Shown here: piece after piece, positions 37,360 through 50,939 of the stretch
How the letters are laid out: the number at the start of each line of letters is the position of its first letter
Position numbering within the stretch: the first letter of the stretch is position 1
Assembly (NCBI GenBank): GCA_017499595.2
Contig: CM038998.1
Coordinates: forward strand, 2,108,001 to 2,172,000
DNA length: 64,000 nt
Direction of reading: 5' to 3'
DNA from: Psilocybe cubensis
Taxonomy: Eukaryota
Notes under the pieces: model-generated
What the model saw: only the letters and a program-made list of their open reading frames with translations
What the model was told of the DNA's origin: nothing
The model's database searches: none
Translations under genes and position numbers: made by a program

Positions 37360-40068
37360 ATGGCCCCCATTTCTACCCCAACTCTTATTCTACCCCGCGA
37401 AGAATGGCCAGATGCCGACTTCGACCTTCCAGACGACTCACCTCTCCATGCGCCATCAGACAAAGATGACGATGACGAAGACTGGGATTTGGAGATGGAT
37501 TTGGAACCCACTGACGGTGCCCTCGTCATTTTGCAGACCGCCAGTGTGGCGACTAGATCCGAGGTGTCATCACCCGTCTCCGATATCAATATCCGGCCTC
37601 CGCTGCGCCTACCCGATTACGAGGATGAAGATGGAGAGGGCGTATCGACTATAAAGGCCACCGCCTTTCCTACTGTGTTCTCCAAAGGTGCCACAAAGCC
37701 TGCTGTTGAGGCTATCGACGAGGATTTTGAACACGACTTCGCATTACCCACGGACATCACTCAACTTTCCTTGGCTCCTTTGTCTCTCAGTCATCGAGCT
37801 TCTAAGAACTCTCTCGAATGGGGCGACAAAGAACATTCTTCTTCATCTCAATCATCGGATGCCTACTCTTCTCTCGGCTTCGCCGACGCATCGCCCTCAT
37901 CTAACTCAACTTCATGCGCATCGCTCCCAGATACAGAGACAGAAGAAGACGACGAAGAAGACGACCTCGAAGGACTCGTGCTACCATCTGCCCTTTTTGA
38001 ATCCGGTCAGAGCGCTCGCCAACTCAAGAAAATCCTGGAGACGAAAAAAAATGCTCAGCCGATTCCTAACCCAGTCAACGTTGCCTCTCCGGATCCTGAG
38101 GATGATTTTGAGATGGGGCTCATCATAAATGACGACGTCGAATTGAGCCCTAGTCGCCTTGTTTCAAGCACTCAAAGTAATAAATCGTATCGCGCATCTA
38201 CTCGCAGTAGTAGCATACCACAACCAAGAACCTCAAGTCTACGACCGCCGTCCAGGCCAAAGTTGGAACGTTCCAAATCACCTTCAAACCCTCCTACATC
38301 CTCTGTCCGCCAACTGCAGAAAATTCGCTTATCTCCCTCTCCTCCCCTTCGACCCCCTTCTCGCTCTCAAAAATTTCAAACCCTTGTCTCGAATCTGCCG
38401 ACACCCGTGCAATCTCCGTCTCAAAGTCATAATAGTCATAATTTTTTTTCAGTCAAACCTGGAAGTCTTCGCGGTCAGAAGTCTCATTCAGGCCTCAAAC
38501 CACCGTCTCCGCCGTCAACAACTCGGAAACTGACCCGGAAGGCGTCCATGTCGTCATTGATCGAGTCCAGTCACTCTCAAGCACTTATAACCGACCAAAC
38601 TGCGAAACCATCGCGTTATAATGAACCTACAGCAGCTTCGCGAGCAAAGACACATAAGAATTCTACAAGTAGGATCCATGATTTCAAAGCGTCATCATCG
38701 CGGCCGTCTACACCCTCATCCAATCCAGCGGCCCAGCGGTTGACAATGCCGACACAGTCGCGCCCTCGTTCTCGACCAGCACTTTCACAAGTATTCAGTG
38801 GATCTACGACACAAACACCGGAACCGTCTGCTCTGTGCGCAACATCTCCTCTTCCGCCTCGCCCTCCCTCCAGTTTATCGTTACGTGAAAGTGTACCACC
38901 ACGACGCGCGATGGTTAGCCCATCTGCCCCAAAACTTCTCCGTCGACCGAAACGTCTTCGTACGTATGGAGATGGTACCGAATTGGATGGAATTGAAGAT
39001 CTTCCGACTGACCGAGAGAAAGAAGTACGATATCGTGTCCAACCGAAAGGTTATGGAAATCGAATACCAGGCGCGACCTTTGGACCAAAAGCTCCAGAAA
39101 GAGATAAGCCTCCTGATAAACTTCCTGCTACTGGTGTAAAAGAGAAAGGCAGGTCTACTATTCCTGGTAAGTTACGTTTTTCGATTCTCAGACACATTAG
39201 TACTGAATTCAATTAGATTCTGTAATCACTACGTTGAAGAAAACGTCTCGCGTACAATTTCCAACGTCTATTCCTGTAGCATCCGATGTGCTTCCCAAGA
39301 AGAAGAAACAAGTTTCTTCACCTTCGAGTCAGACCACCAAGCGTAAACCAACCTTGATTCGCAATTTGGGTGGAAGTGCCACTCCGAAAGGTTTGTCATG
39401 ATTATAGAATCAAAGAAGCGGACTTTTAACAATTGTAACTAGTTGTCGGGGATATGAAGTGGAATCCACAAACTCTCCGCTGGGAGGGCAATGATCAAGT
39501 GCTTCGCGAATTCGACATGGCTGTTGGAACCTCAACCCGTCCCGCTTTAATCACACATCTTTCTGGAACCACAGTGGGGTCGCCTATGGGTTCCTTTGTC
39601 GCTGGTTCCCGAATAGTCGGCAATATGATATTTGACCCTACTCGAATGTGTTGGATATCAACATTGCCTCCTGACGAGGATGAACCTGATGTCTTTGCTA
39701 ATTTAGCAGACGATGAAGAAGACAGTGACTCTTGGGAGGCCAAAGGAGGTACAATACGCGCGAATGTCCCCCGGACCTCGAATGCTAGTAACACCTCAGA
39801 CTCACGGATAGAGGCGCCGAGTCCCGCGCACAGTCATTCTAGGACGATATCGGAGTCTGGCAGTGATCGGGGTTCAAGAGCATCAATGGTGGTGTGTGAG
39901 GTGGATGATGCTTTCATCGAAAGCTGTCGAAGGGCCGAGGAACGTCATCGATTTGAAATGAAGGGTTGGAAAACCACCCTTGCCAAAACAATCAGACGGG
40001 ATACGTCTTTGGCTTTGGAACGGACACATCTTTTCGAAATCCGAGAGCTTGCAACTCGCAAGTATTAA
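37360..40068 (+). CDS. Byr4/Bfa1-like two-component GAP scaffold (SIN/MEN)
   Basis: Acidic N-terminus and long Ser/Pro region, then YGDGTELDGIEDLP, KPTLIRNLG, GDMKWNPQTLRWEGND, RPALITH and GNMIFDPTRMCWI, which are Byr4-type repeats. Confidence 0.8.
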
Positions 40069-40381
40069 TCTTTGTAACTGCTATGCCACTATGCTCTCCC
40101 TTCCTTTGTCTCTCTTTTTCTCGTGACTCTACTGTTCGACCACTTCTCTTTGTTTTGTTGTTTTTTCTTATGATCAATCTTTCAGTTCCAGGATCCGCAT
40201 AACTCTAAATTACCACACTCATTTGTCACTGTCTCATAGTACTCTTGCATATAAATACGGAATTTATGTTACACTCTTTTCCACGAACTTTCCAAAATAT
40301 TGTAAAAAAATCCTCCATTGATCACCCAGGCCCAGATCAGTTTTGTATCATGAACATCAGCTCAACGGTTCTTTGCCTGTA

Positions 40382-41390
40382 ATGACCATCAACTCTGACG
40401 GTCTCGTACACAAGCTACATGCCGGAGGAGGGCGGATTGTGTTATCCGTGCATGGCAAGAAAGCGGTCTTCTCCGAGCTTTCCTCGACTTACCCCCTGAA
40501 GTTACTTTCTCCCAATGTGCAAGGTGAAACTGCTCTGGTTTATCTTTTGAGCTATGGTGGCGGTCTTGTGAGTGGCGATCAAGTTGATCTACGGGTGGAG
40601 ATTACGGGAGGGAGCTTGATGCTCTTGTCTCAGGTATGTATTTACTTGCAGTTATTGATTCACTGATTGAAGTACGTGTAAGGGCTCAACGAAAGTCTTC
40701 AAATCGCGGCCTGGAAAGCGTCTGGCTTCTGTCAAATCTGATAGGATCCACTCATCTTTACTGCCGCATGATTCTGCTGCTACGCCTTCCACTAGACAAA
40801 ATCTAGAGTTTCACCTTGCACCTATGAGCACCTTGTTTCTATTACCCGAACCTGTAACTTGCTTTCGTGACGCGTCCTACAATCAAATACAACGGTTCTA
40901 CCTTCAGGAAGATTCATCAGCCGTGATATTGGATTGGATAACCTCTGGGCGGATGTCGGTTGGAGAAGAATGGGTGTTTTCTCGTTATCACAGTCTTAAC
41001 GAAATCTTTCTCGGCGGAAAGAGGGTGGCAAAAGATGTGATGTTGCTTGATATCGAAGACACCGGAGTTCATGACGTTCACATTCCACATCGTCCCTTGC
41101 GAGACAGACTTCAACCATACTCTTGTTATGCCATGCTCATCCTTTACGGTCCTCAGATGCAATCGGTCATAGCTGATATCACGGCTAAATACAACAATAT
41201 CTCCGTCTTCAAAACCAGGCAGCCTGATACTCTGATATGGTCTCTTAGCCCCGTGGATTCAAAAAAAAGAGGAGCGGTGGTTAGGGTGGCTGGATTAGAA
41301 ACTGAAATGGTAAAAGAATGGCTCAAGCAGACGTTGGCTGGATTCGAAGACGTTGTTGGCAAAGATCTATATCGACGTGCCTTTCCGTAA
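40382..41390 (+). CDS. ureD: Urease accessory protein UreD
   Basis: YPLKLLSP, YGGGLVSGD, SQ|GSTKVFK, LPEPVTCF, LDWITSGR. One intron. Confidence 0.93.
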
Positions 41391-41891
41391 CAATTCCGTA
41401 GGGCCCGCAGGTGTCGTGCCCGATTGGGTTGTAAATTCCGACGTCAATATCACAAAATTGGATTGTTGGAGATTTGAATAGTGCATAGCGCCACTGTGAC
41501 CCCAATTGTCCCTTGCGCAAATATTGAGGCGCCTAGTGAACTCCTAAAATGGTTGTATAATAACCGTATTTTCTGAATCTGTCCTATTTCCTTCAGAGTT
41601 ACCACAGCACGCCTGAGTCTGTCGGAATATGTGCGAATATTTCAACATGGGCTTTGAACTTTAATCCAACAACGTACCTCAAAAAACCTTGTTGCAAATC
41701 GAACACAATGTATATCGGCCCCCTGGTCCGGGTATCTCCTGCTTTACGGATTGTCTATACTATATTTGATGTCTTCTCACCCATTCATCGGGTGTGTCAG
41801 TTCTGCTTCTATCTCTGTCCCGTGGAAAGAAGCCCACTTGGAAATCAGTATATGAAGTCATGTTCTGGCAGTTTATCGCATTCGAACGGTT

Positions 41892-44336
41892 ATGCCCACA
41901 TCCCAACCTTCGACAGACCAGGAAACGACCAGCAAAACCTTTCTGAATATGGGATCCCAAAACAAACAATCTGAAAGTGTCGATGAGAAGACCGTCCTTA
42001 GGAAAATAGACCTTCACATCATTCCTTGGCTGGCATTTTTATATCTTTTGAGCTTTTTGGACCGTGGTAGTATAGGAAATGCTAAGGCGAGTATCTGGCG
42101 TATGCCATTTGGCTAAATGGAGAGCGTTTTAATTCATATCAACATCTCTTTCACAGCTGTACAACCTGGAGCAAGATATACATATCACTGACCACCAATA
42201 CCTGATTGCATTAACTGTTTTCTTCTTCCCATATGCTCTTTTTGAGGTACTTATTTTCCTTTTTTATAACATCCCTGCTGGTGTTAAAAGTCTTTGCAGC
42301 CTGCCAGTAATGTTCTACTCCGTCGGCTCAGGCCCTCTGTTTGGCTCTCCACCATGATGCTTCTATGGGGTATCGTCATGGTAAAGTTAAATTCTCTTTT
42401 ACATATTTGTTTAACGCTAAAGACCCCACTCTATCTAGGCCTGTCATGGCGTAATTAAAGATTACGGCAGCCTAATCAGTATGCCTTTTAATCCTATTCT
42501 CTGGCATAGCAATGTAAAAAGAAACATTGGCAGCGGTCAGAGTCTTACTTGGCGTCACCGAAGCTGGGCTTTATCCAGGTGTTGTATTCTATATAACAAG
42601 GTAAATCATTATTCTGGGTGGTAACTTCAAACGCACTCAAAACTGTGTACGTTTAGCTGGTATAAGCGATCGGAAATGGGCACTCGTATCGCAGTCTTCT
42701 TCTCCTCAGCAACAGTGGCTGGTGCTTTCAGTTAGCTTTTAGTTGAATAATAACACCTATACTGGATTGATGTATACTGGAAGGTGGATTGCTCGCTGCG
42801 GCTATTTCTAATATGGACGGCATTGGAGGAAAAACAGGTCTGAGTTTTTTTGCGATCAACTCTCCTATGTAAATTCGCTGACTGAGGATGCACGGTAGCA
42901 TGGCAATGGATTTTTATTCTGGAAGGATGTGCAACTGTTCTTGCGGCAATTGCGTCATACTGGATTATACCTGACTTCCCTAATTCCGATAGGGTAACTT
43001 TCCTGACAGAAGAAGAACGTATGAGCTCTCGTGATTTTCCTGTGCGATGCGTTGTCTGTAGCTCACTCGCTTCAATAGGGAAATTTGTCATACAACGACT
43101 AGAGAATGACATGAAGCTAAGCGCCGCTGGAGAATCATTTCATACCAAATACATCTGGCAAAGTTTGACCGATTGGAAAACCTGGATTGCGAGTAAGCCT
43201 ATTCTGGTTTTCAAAGCCATAAACCAGCCTAATGTTTTGTCATCAGTGGGCATGTACATGGGATTGTAGGTTTTTGTGTTTTTGTCTTTCTTTTTTTCTT
43301 TTCTTCGACAAGCCTGCTTATTGGATTACACAGTGACGGACCGTTGTATGCTTTCTCCTTGTTTTTACCGACAATTATAAATCAGGTATTGACACAGGCT
43401 TGTAACTTTTCGATCCGTGTGCTGACAGTTTATAGCTTGGTAAGAATTTGCCACGACTTGACTAATTTTTACACCAAACGCCCCCTAAATCATACAGGAT
43501 TCCGAGCCACAGAAGCCAACCTCCTTTCTGTGCCTGTATATGCCTGGGGATGTCTCATGACATGCCTTATTGGCTTCCTTGGGGATAGAGTCAAATCCCG
43601 CTGCTACATAAATTTGTAAGTTATACCTGATTATCGGTGACATTTTTTTGAAAGCAAAAACACGAACAGTGCATTATTTGGTATTGGCTTGGTGGCTTAC
43701 GTTATTTTAATGGTCTCTCGGTCACCAGCTCTTTCATATTTCGCGGTTTACTTAGCTGTTTCGTGAGTCTGCGTTCAAATCGATCGTCCGTTTTGACAGA
43801 TCCTGAACAATCCAACGGTAGCGCTATCTATGCCATAATACGTCAGTTTACGTGCTCAAACTCACAAATTTGTTTCATATTTACCAGCTACAAAACAGCT
43901 AATTCCGTAGCATGGGTCGCCAGTAACGTGGAAGGATCTTATAAACGGGCGGTAACGTTGGGTATGGCAATAGGATTTGGGAATTTAAATGGAGCGGTGA
44001 CAGCCAATATTGTATGTATAACATATATTGATGTCAAAGGGCAGATTCTGACAATGACATATATTTGCTCACCAGTATCGCTCCCAAGATCGACCATGGT
44101 ATCGGCTAGGCCACGGTGTAGTGTTGGGCTATATTGCTGTTGGTTTTTTATGTTCTATCGCATATGCAGTCTTGTTGAGGAAAGAGAATGCTCGTCGTGA
44201 TCGCGGAGAGCGCGACGAAGTGATACACGATTCCCCTAGCAAATATGCAGACGAACGCAATGGCATATACAAGTCAGTGGAAGATGCGAAGGCTGAGAAG
44301 GGTGATTATTGGAGTGGATTTAGATACAATCTATAA
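41892..44336 (+). CDS. MFS transporter, anion:cation symporter (allantoate/nicotinate permease) family
   Basis: LRKIDLHIIP, LSFLDRGSIGNAK, EPASN, LGVTEAGLYPG, WYKRSEMGTR, WQWIFILEG, NVEGSYKRA. Many short exons. Confidence 0.9.
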
Positions 44337-44456
44337 CGACTCGATGATACATGCATGTGCTTAGCATTTGAATGAGTGTATGTTTTGGATGGAAAGCTAG
44401 TTATTAGATACAATATACAAATGTTATTGAGTGCGACAGTTACTCCCTGTGAATAT

Positions 44457-46889
44457 CTAGAGCATTGATTTATCGTCCAGACCTTTGAAAATGGGTGCCG
44501 GTGAAGGCATAGGATCGTCAACTTCACTGGGTGGTGGGGATTCCAGAGGAGGAGGCGCGACCTTTCCTCGGTTCTCGTCTAGCCATTTGTCCATGTCATC
44601 GGATCGGCCGGCGAAAGGTCGTTTGCCGAGCATGTCAATCATATCCTCACTATTCAAGATGGTGAGCAAATATCAAAGGTACAAAAAAATATGGAAGCGT
44701 TACCGAGTGATTACCTCCTTCTCAAGGAGAAGCTTAGCCACTTTCTCCACATCACCGCGATGCTCCGTTAATAGGTTTCGTGTTCTCTCATAAGCTTCTG
44801 TGATCATTTTACGAACCTCGAAGTCGAGCATTTCAGCAGTTTTCTCGCTAAAGGGCTTCGTCCAGCTTTCCTTGGCAGCACGATCGCCTCCATAACTGAC
44901 GGGCCCAATGACAGTGTTCATGCCATAGTTTGCACAGGCTTCGAAGGCCATCCGAGTGATTTTCTGAAGATCGTCTTGAGCGCCAGTTGTGATATTCTCT
45001 GCACCAAAAAAGATTTCTTCCGAAACTCGGCCACCTAATGTCATACAGATGCGGTCCATCATCTGAGGTGTCGATAGAAGATATCGGTCTGGAGGAAGAT
45101 ACTGCCAAAAGGAGGTTAGAAAATGAACCAACAAATCAAATTAATAACATACTTGAGCATAACCAAGAGCACCTACTCCTCTTGGGATAATGCTGACTTT
45201 GAGAAGGGGATCAGCATGCTCCAAGAACCAACCACAAATTGCATGACCAGCTTCGTGGTATGCTACGGTTTTTTTCTCTTCAGGACTAAGAACCCGGCTT
45301 TTCTTCTCTAATCCCACAATAACTCTCTCAATGGCAGTGTCAAAATCGATAGGGTCAACATAGTCGGATCCCCTGCGGGCAGCATGAAGAGCGGCTTCAT
45401 TGCAAACATTAGCAATATCAGCACCAGAGAAACCAGGCGTCAGGACAGCTAGCTTTTGAGCAAATGAACCAATGTCAGCCTTGATTGTGTCATCGAGGCG
45501 GAGAGGACCAAGGTGAACCAAATAGATGCCCTTCCTGCCTGATACATCTGGTCTGTCAATGGCAATATGTCTGTCAAAGCGACCTGGGCGCATAAGAGCA
45601 GGATCTAGAACGTCGGGTCTATTGGTACCGGCTAGAACGACGATGTGCTCGTTGGTACCAAATCCATCCATTTCGACGAGAAGCTGATTAAGAGTCGACT
45701 CTCGCTCGTCATTGCCGCCTAATGAGCCACCCTTCCCTCTTGCTTTACCGATAGCATCAATTTCATCTATGAATATGATGCAAGGGGCATTCTTCTTCGC
45801 TGATGCAAACAAGTCACGAACGCGGGAGGAACCCACTCCGACAAACATCTCGACGAATTCGGAGCCTGAAACGGATAGGAAAGGGACTGATGCTTCACCA
45901 GCAGTTGCTTTAGCAAGCAGGGTTTTACCAGTTCCTGGAGGACCTGAAAGAATAGCGCCACGAGGAATTTTTGCTCCAAGCTTTTCGTACTTCGAAGGCT
46001 CTTTCAAGAACTTGACGAACTCCATAATTTCTTCCTTAGCTTCGTCCATGCCTGCAACGTCTTTAAATTTAGTCTTCACTTCGTTGTCCTTATTAAACAT
46101 TTTGGCACGACTCTTCCCAATGCTGAAGATTCCACCTCCAGAACTTCCGGAACCACGTCTAGATATCCAATAAAGGACACCAATGAGAAGGAGTGTTGGT
46201 GCAAAGTTTAGTAGGGCGCCAACGGATGAGATTTCGTCCTGGTAGGAGACAGGAATGCGTTCCGAGGGAGGGATCCCAAGTTCCACCTGAGCTTCGTCAA
46301 GTTTGCGTTCAAATGCCTCAACACTTCCTATCGAAAAGTAGTACTCTCCACTTGGATGAGGCTGCATTGTTCCTGTAGCATTTGAGTGTAGTTTGACCCG
46401 AACTTGATGCTTGTTGACAACCGTTAGACTGTCGACAAGACCTTTGTCCAAAAACGCAGTTCTGAACTCCTGCCATGTAATTTCCCGAGAATGAGAGGCG
46501 CCTGAGTTAGACCAGGCGAGATAGGCCGTAGCTGAGGCAACAACCCATGCCAGCTGATTGTTGGAAAACCCGTTATTCGGAGGAGGAGTTTCGTTCTTGT
46601 TTCGGCGATTTTTTGGTCTTTCGGGACTAGGCTCCTCTGACGATTCCTGGGACTGTTGCTGTCTCCGTTGTGATTGCTGATATTGCTGGAAAAATCCCTC
46701 GAGGGCCTTGGGCAATTCTGGTTTGGCAGGCTTGTCGGTCTGTTTCCCAACGTCCTTATCCTCATCCTTCTCCTTCTCCTTCTGTGTTGGTCGCGGGTTG
46801 TTTGAAGGTGTGCCCAAACTTCTAATGGCAGCTATGGGCACTCGTCTGGGTCGGAGCAGCGCTGCTGCCTTGACTGAGCGGGAAAGCAT
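44457..46889 (-). CDS. Mitochondrial m-AAA protease subunit (Afg3/Yta12, FtsH family)
   Basis: Presequence [12 protein letters not shown]. Walker A GPPGTGKT, Walker [31 protein letters not shown], zinc motif HEAGH. Confidence 0.95.
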
Positions 46890-47032
46890 GAGAAACAAGG
46901 ACAGGGACGGTGATTTCAAATTTCGGATTTTGGTATGTCGCGAACTAAATGGACTCCGGGCTTGCCCACTCGCCGAAGCCGGCATCACAAGTATAAAAAC
47001 GCCATGGATCCTGATTGATGAGTGATATGGCC

Positions 47033-48288
47033 ATGGACTCTACCTTGTACATAAGAGTTCTCACCGGAAGAGGTTTCAGCTACTCTGTATATCACTCAAA
47101 GGGTAGCGATGCCAAAAAACCAGCCCTTTTGTTTCTGCACGGCTTTCCGAGCTCTTCCTATGACTGGCGGCATCAGGTTGCATACTTCGAACTCCGCGGG
47201 CACACAGTCATCGTTCCGGACATGCTTGGCTACGGCGGCACCGACAAGCCGACAAATGCCGAAGCATACGCATTCTCTCTCGTGGCTCAAGACGTGATCG
47301 ATCTCCTCGATGCCCTCCATGGCGAGGAACGCGTCATTGTCATCGGCCACGATTGGTGAGCTTCTTTGTCATCTACCTCATCCGCGTATTCTCTTATCCT
47401 GCTTAGGGGCTCTAGAATAGTTGGCTTTTTGGCCAACCTGCACACGCACCGATTTGTTGGGTTTGCTTTCCTCGCTGTGGGCTATAATGCTCCCAACCCT
47501 ACCATCTCATATCCCCAATTGCTTGCATACGTGTGTCCGACCTTTTCTGTCCATGATTTCAAGTCATTTATGCGATTTCTTTTGTAGACGGCCCAATTGA
47601 CCGGCCAAGAGCGCTTTGGATACTGGAGCTTTTTCTCTGAAGATGGCACTGACCAAATCATAAAGGACCGCGTACGAAGACGTTCATTTTGTCCTTTAGT
47701 GGGGAACCAGATAATTGACCGTTGCCTCTGCAGCTCGATTCATTTTTTAGTTATCTCATCTCCCTGCGTTTCGAAGATGCCCCTAACTTTACTCCAACTG
47801 GTGCATACAAAGCGACTCTGTTGAAAAATGAAGTTTCTCCATTGCCATCTTTTATAACTCAAGAGGTATACTTTTATCTTCCCCGTGTTACACCCGTTTT
47901 CTTCATCTTTTGGTAATTCTAGGAATACGATACACAGAAGGTTACTTTCGCGAAAAGCGGAATCATTGCCCCATTATGTTGGTACAGAGTAGCGACATCG
48001 TCCATCGGCAGGGAAGACTCGAAAAGTATGTTCGCTATTCCTCAAAACCAACCATTCATTTGACACATCATTGAAGAAGTGCCGTTGGACAAATACACCG
48101 TTGCCACTCCCGTCTTCCTCGCCGTGGCCAAAGAAGATCCCGTTGCCGTCCCTGGTATGGTTATAGCGTCAACCTTAAAATTTTGCACCAACACCACGGT
48201 GAGGGAATACGACGCTGGGCACTGGGTTCTATGGGAAGCGAAAGATCAAGTCAACGCAGACCTCGAACAATGGATTGCTAGCCTCTAA
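47033..48288 (+). CDS. Alpha/beta hydrolase, epoxide hydrolase-like
   Basis: [26 protein letters not shown] (Asp nucleophile), PLCWYR, DAGHWV. Alternative in-frame ATGs at 47018 and 47027. Confidence 0.9.
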
Positions 48289-48551
48289 TTTTCTTTAAGT
48301 TCGGACAATAAACCATGTACCAATTGATTCCAGAACACCAGGCTGGTTACTTGGGAAGGCAGAGTATAAACTTCTATATCATGTTTATTCACATTTTATT
48401 TAATTTTGTAAAGAAAATGACAACTTCTTACTTCGGAATATTGTAAACAAACCCCCCAGCGATATGGTGCGCATCATTCAGCAAAAGCTATAGTAGCACA
48501 TTTCACTGTATATATCAAGCAATTCCACTGCCCATCATTTAGGTTACCAAC

Positions 48552-50554
48552 TCAAATTCCATCCTCTGACACTTCAAATGCACAACAGAAGTGATCCTTT
48601 CCCATCAAAATGAGACCTTTACCGTCAGGCGCCCAAGAAATATCTTTGGTTTCGAATTGCTCTGTTAATACATCAGCCTCAAGTTCGATAGAGGAGAGTG
48701 ACAAAAGCTGCAAACTCACTGGCGGGCACACCAACGCATTCTGCTATTTCTTCTTCTTCACCATACTCACCTTGCCACTCATCGCTCCAGGTGTAAATGC
48801 TTTGATTGGAGCAGCATAATGCTAGGCTGCCTTTACGCACAGGGTTCCATCTGGCTTGATGAACAGGCTGCAAATGTATGAGTACAGTCCTCAGTTTTGG
48901 CTGAAATTGTTCTTGTGGTGAGGGGAAATCAAATAGATAAACTGTCGTTGGAACATGGTCTGAAGTTTGAACCGTTTAATTGAAAACTTAGACAAGCCTT
49001 ATCGATAGAGTGCTGACCAAATCGAACCAAAAGCAAGCTCCCAGTCAAATTCCACTCCATTTGAACAACACCGGTTTTGGGATTCGCTTTTGTTTGATCA
49101 GTCCGAGTAGTACTTAACACCTGCGGTCCTTGTAATCGATCATCTAAAGGACTCTATGTGTTATACGTGGACCCAAATAGTTTATTAAAGTCTTACAAGA
49201 CAAGAACCCTCGGCCCTCCGTCGTTTCCAGCCATTTTGCGGGTTCCCTCCAAGTATTCTAAGATATAAAGCTTTGAGTCAGAGCGGTACAGGTGTTTGGT
49301 TTTTGCCTACCACTTGTGAGGATATGCGCGTGGATGATTCCAAAACCGCCACGACAGACCAACTAAGGTTGTCCAAAATGTAAACCTAAAAACGTAAGAG
49401 TAGCTTAAAAGAAAGAAAATAAATTCATACTTTGTCATCCCATCCCCCGACAGCCAAAAAGCTACCGGAAGGGTGCCACGCTACGGTACGAACACCCAGA
49501 CCCGGATCGACGGGAGGGACGAAGGATGCCAATGTATCGCCTGTCAATGTCATTATGTACAGTTTATACTTCAACCATATCATGCGAAATGAGTTCAAAA
49601 TGATCAAATGTAAAGCAGAAATATGAGAGAATGTTACCTCGACAGAGCCTTCCCATACAGCAAGATAGTTTCCATTCGGTGACAGCGAAATTGATGAAAT
49701 AGATAATGTAGGTAGGGGAAAATGCTTGAATGAGGCATCAGGACAGGATAGACAGATGCGGAGGAATCGACAGACTCGGATGAGCTTGTATGATTGCATT
49801 GCATCGTACACTCCAAGTGTGTCCTTTGATTTGTGTCTCTCGGCAAGCACAAAGTAGCGCCCGTCTGACCGAAAGGCGTATCCTGGGAGACATGTGAGCT
49901 TGGACTACAAGAATTTTAAAAACCAAGCCAAGGAGTTCGCGTACCTTTATCTGGAAAGACCGGAAATTGGATATACATGGCTGACCCGGTTGATATGGAC
50001 CATAAGGACACGCGCAGCTGAGCAAGTACCATTTATATGACCTGACTGCTCAAGAAAATTTTGAAACTTACGCCCCAGTCAGAAAAACAAAGGACAGTCC
50101 GGCCATCAGGTGCCCATTCGGCTTTTACGAGCCCTGTTGTACGCTGAGCCCCCCATGGTACATGAAAAACCGGCGCTACCTATTTACCTTCAGTACCAGA
50201 ATCAATTCGTCCAGACCATTCCTCGTCGCGTAGTTTCAAGAGATGGACGACGCCGCGTTTAGCACACCCTGCCAAAATATACTCGGAATCGCAGGACCAT
50301 CCGACATGTGTTATCCAAGAATCTGGATTGATATTTGAAGAATTAGATGTATGGAATTTTTGCTTGGAGTTGAGAGATATGAGAGCAGATTGCGTCGGAG
50401 AAGGGGAACTGTCGACTAGCCATGTTCTCGTAATTTGGAAAGTATCAGTTCGTCGTACGATGATTCTATCTTGAACGGCTGTTAGTATAAAGTGAGCACC
50501 AGGACTAAATGCAACCAGCGATGTCGTTTGTCTGTACAGTTCTGTAAAGTCCAT
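48552..50554 (-). CDS. WD40 protein Wdr8/WRAP73-like (spindle pole body/centrosome)
   Basis: MDFTELYRQT start, W+G+I...GL...WAPDGR, LRVSLWS, AWHPSGSFLAVGGWD, C-terminal WAPDGKGLILMGKDHFC. Confidence 0.82.
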
Positions 50555-50602
50555 CGAGAATGTGGCTGATGAAATGTATAGTGTATTGGTTGTGTCAAAC
50601 GC

Positions 50603-50619
50603 AAACGCGTCGCGACGCG
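50603..50619. promoter_or_regulatory. Tandem MCB-like element AAACGCGTCGCGACGCG (14-bp palindrome at 50606-50619)
   Basis: About 50 bp upstream of the WDR8-like ATG. Confidence 0.55.
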
Positions 50620-50939
50620 GTGTGAATACATTGACGATTTTCCTTTGAATGCAAAATGTTAAAAAATATTCTTCTTTTGGACATATCCATCGCGGAATCG
50701 GCAGTTAACCATAGCCGGAAATGACCCACATGATGGTTCGTCCCCCTCTCGCATGTATATCAATCGCTATCATGTCAGCGTACACACTGGTACAAGACGG
50801 TAGATTTGTTTTTCCATAATGCTCAAGGTCATTCAATGCATACGACTTGCCTCCTTATATGAGCCCTTGAAAATGCAAATTTTAACGTATTTGCACTTCG
50901 TTTTTTCCCCCAGGGCCCTCTAGTTGACTACAATATCCA

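Noticed and set aside
48270..48300. Cryptic peroxisomal targeting (C-terminal ASL, or stop read-through)
   Set aside because: ASL is not a canonical PTS1, and none of the stops I checked has the TGA-CTA read-through context.
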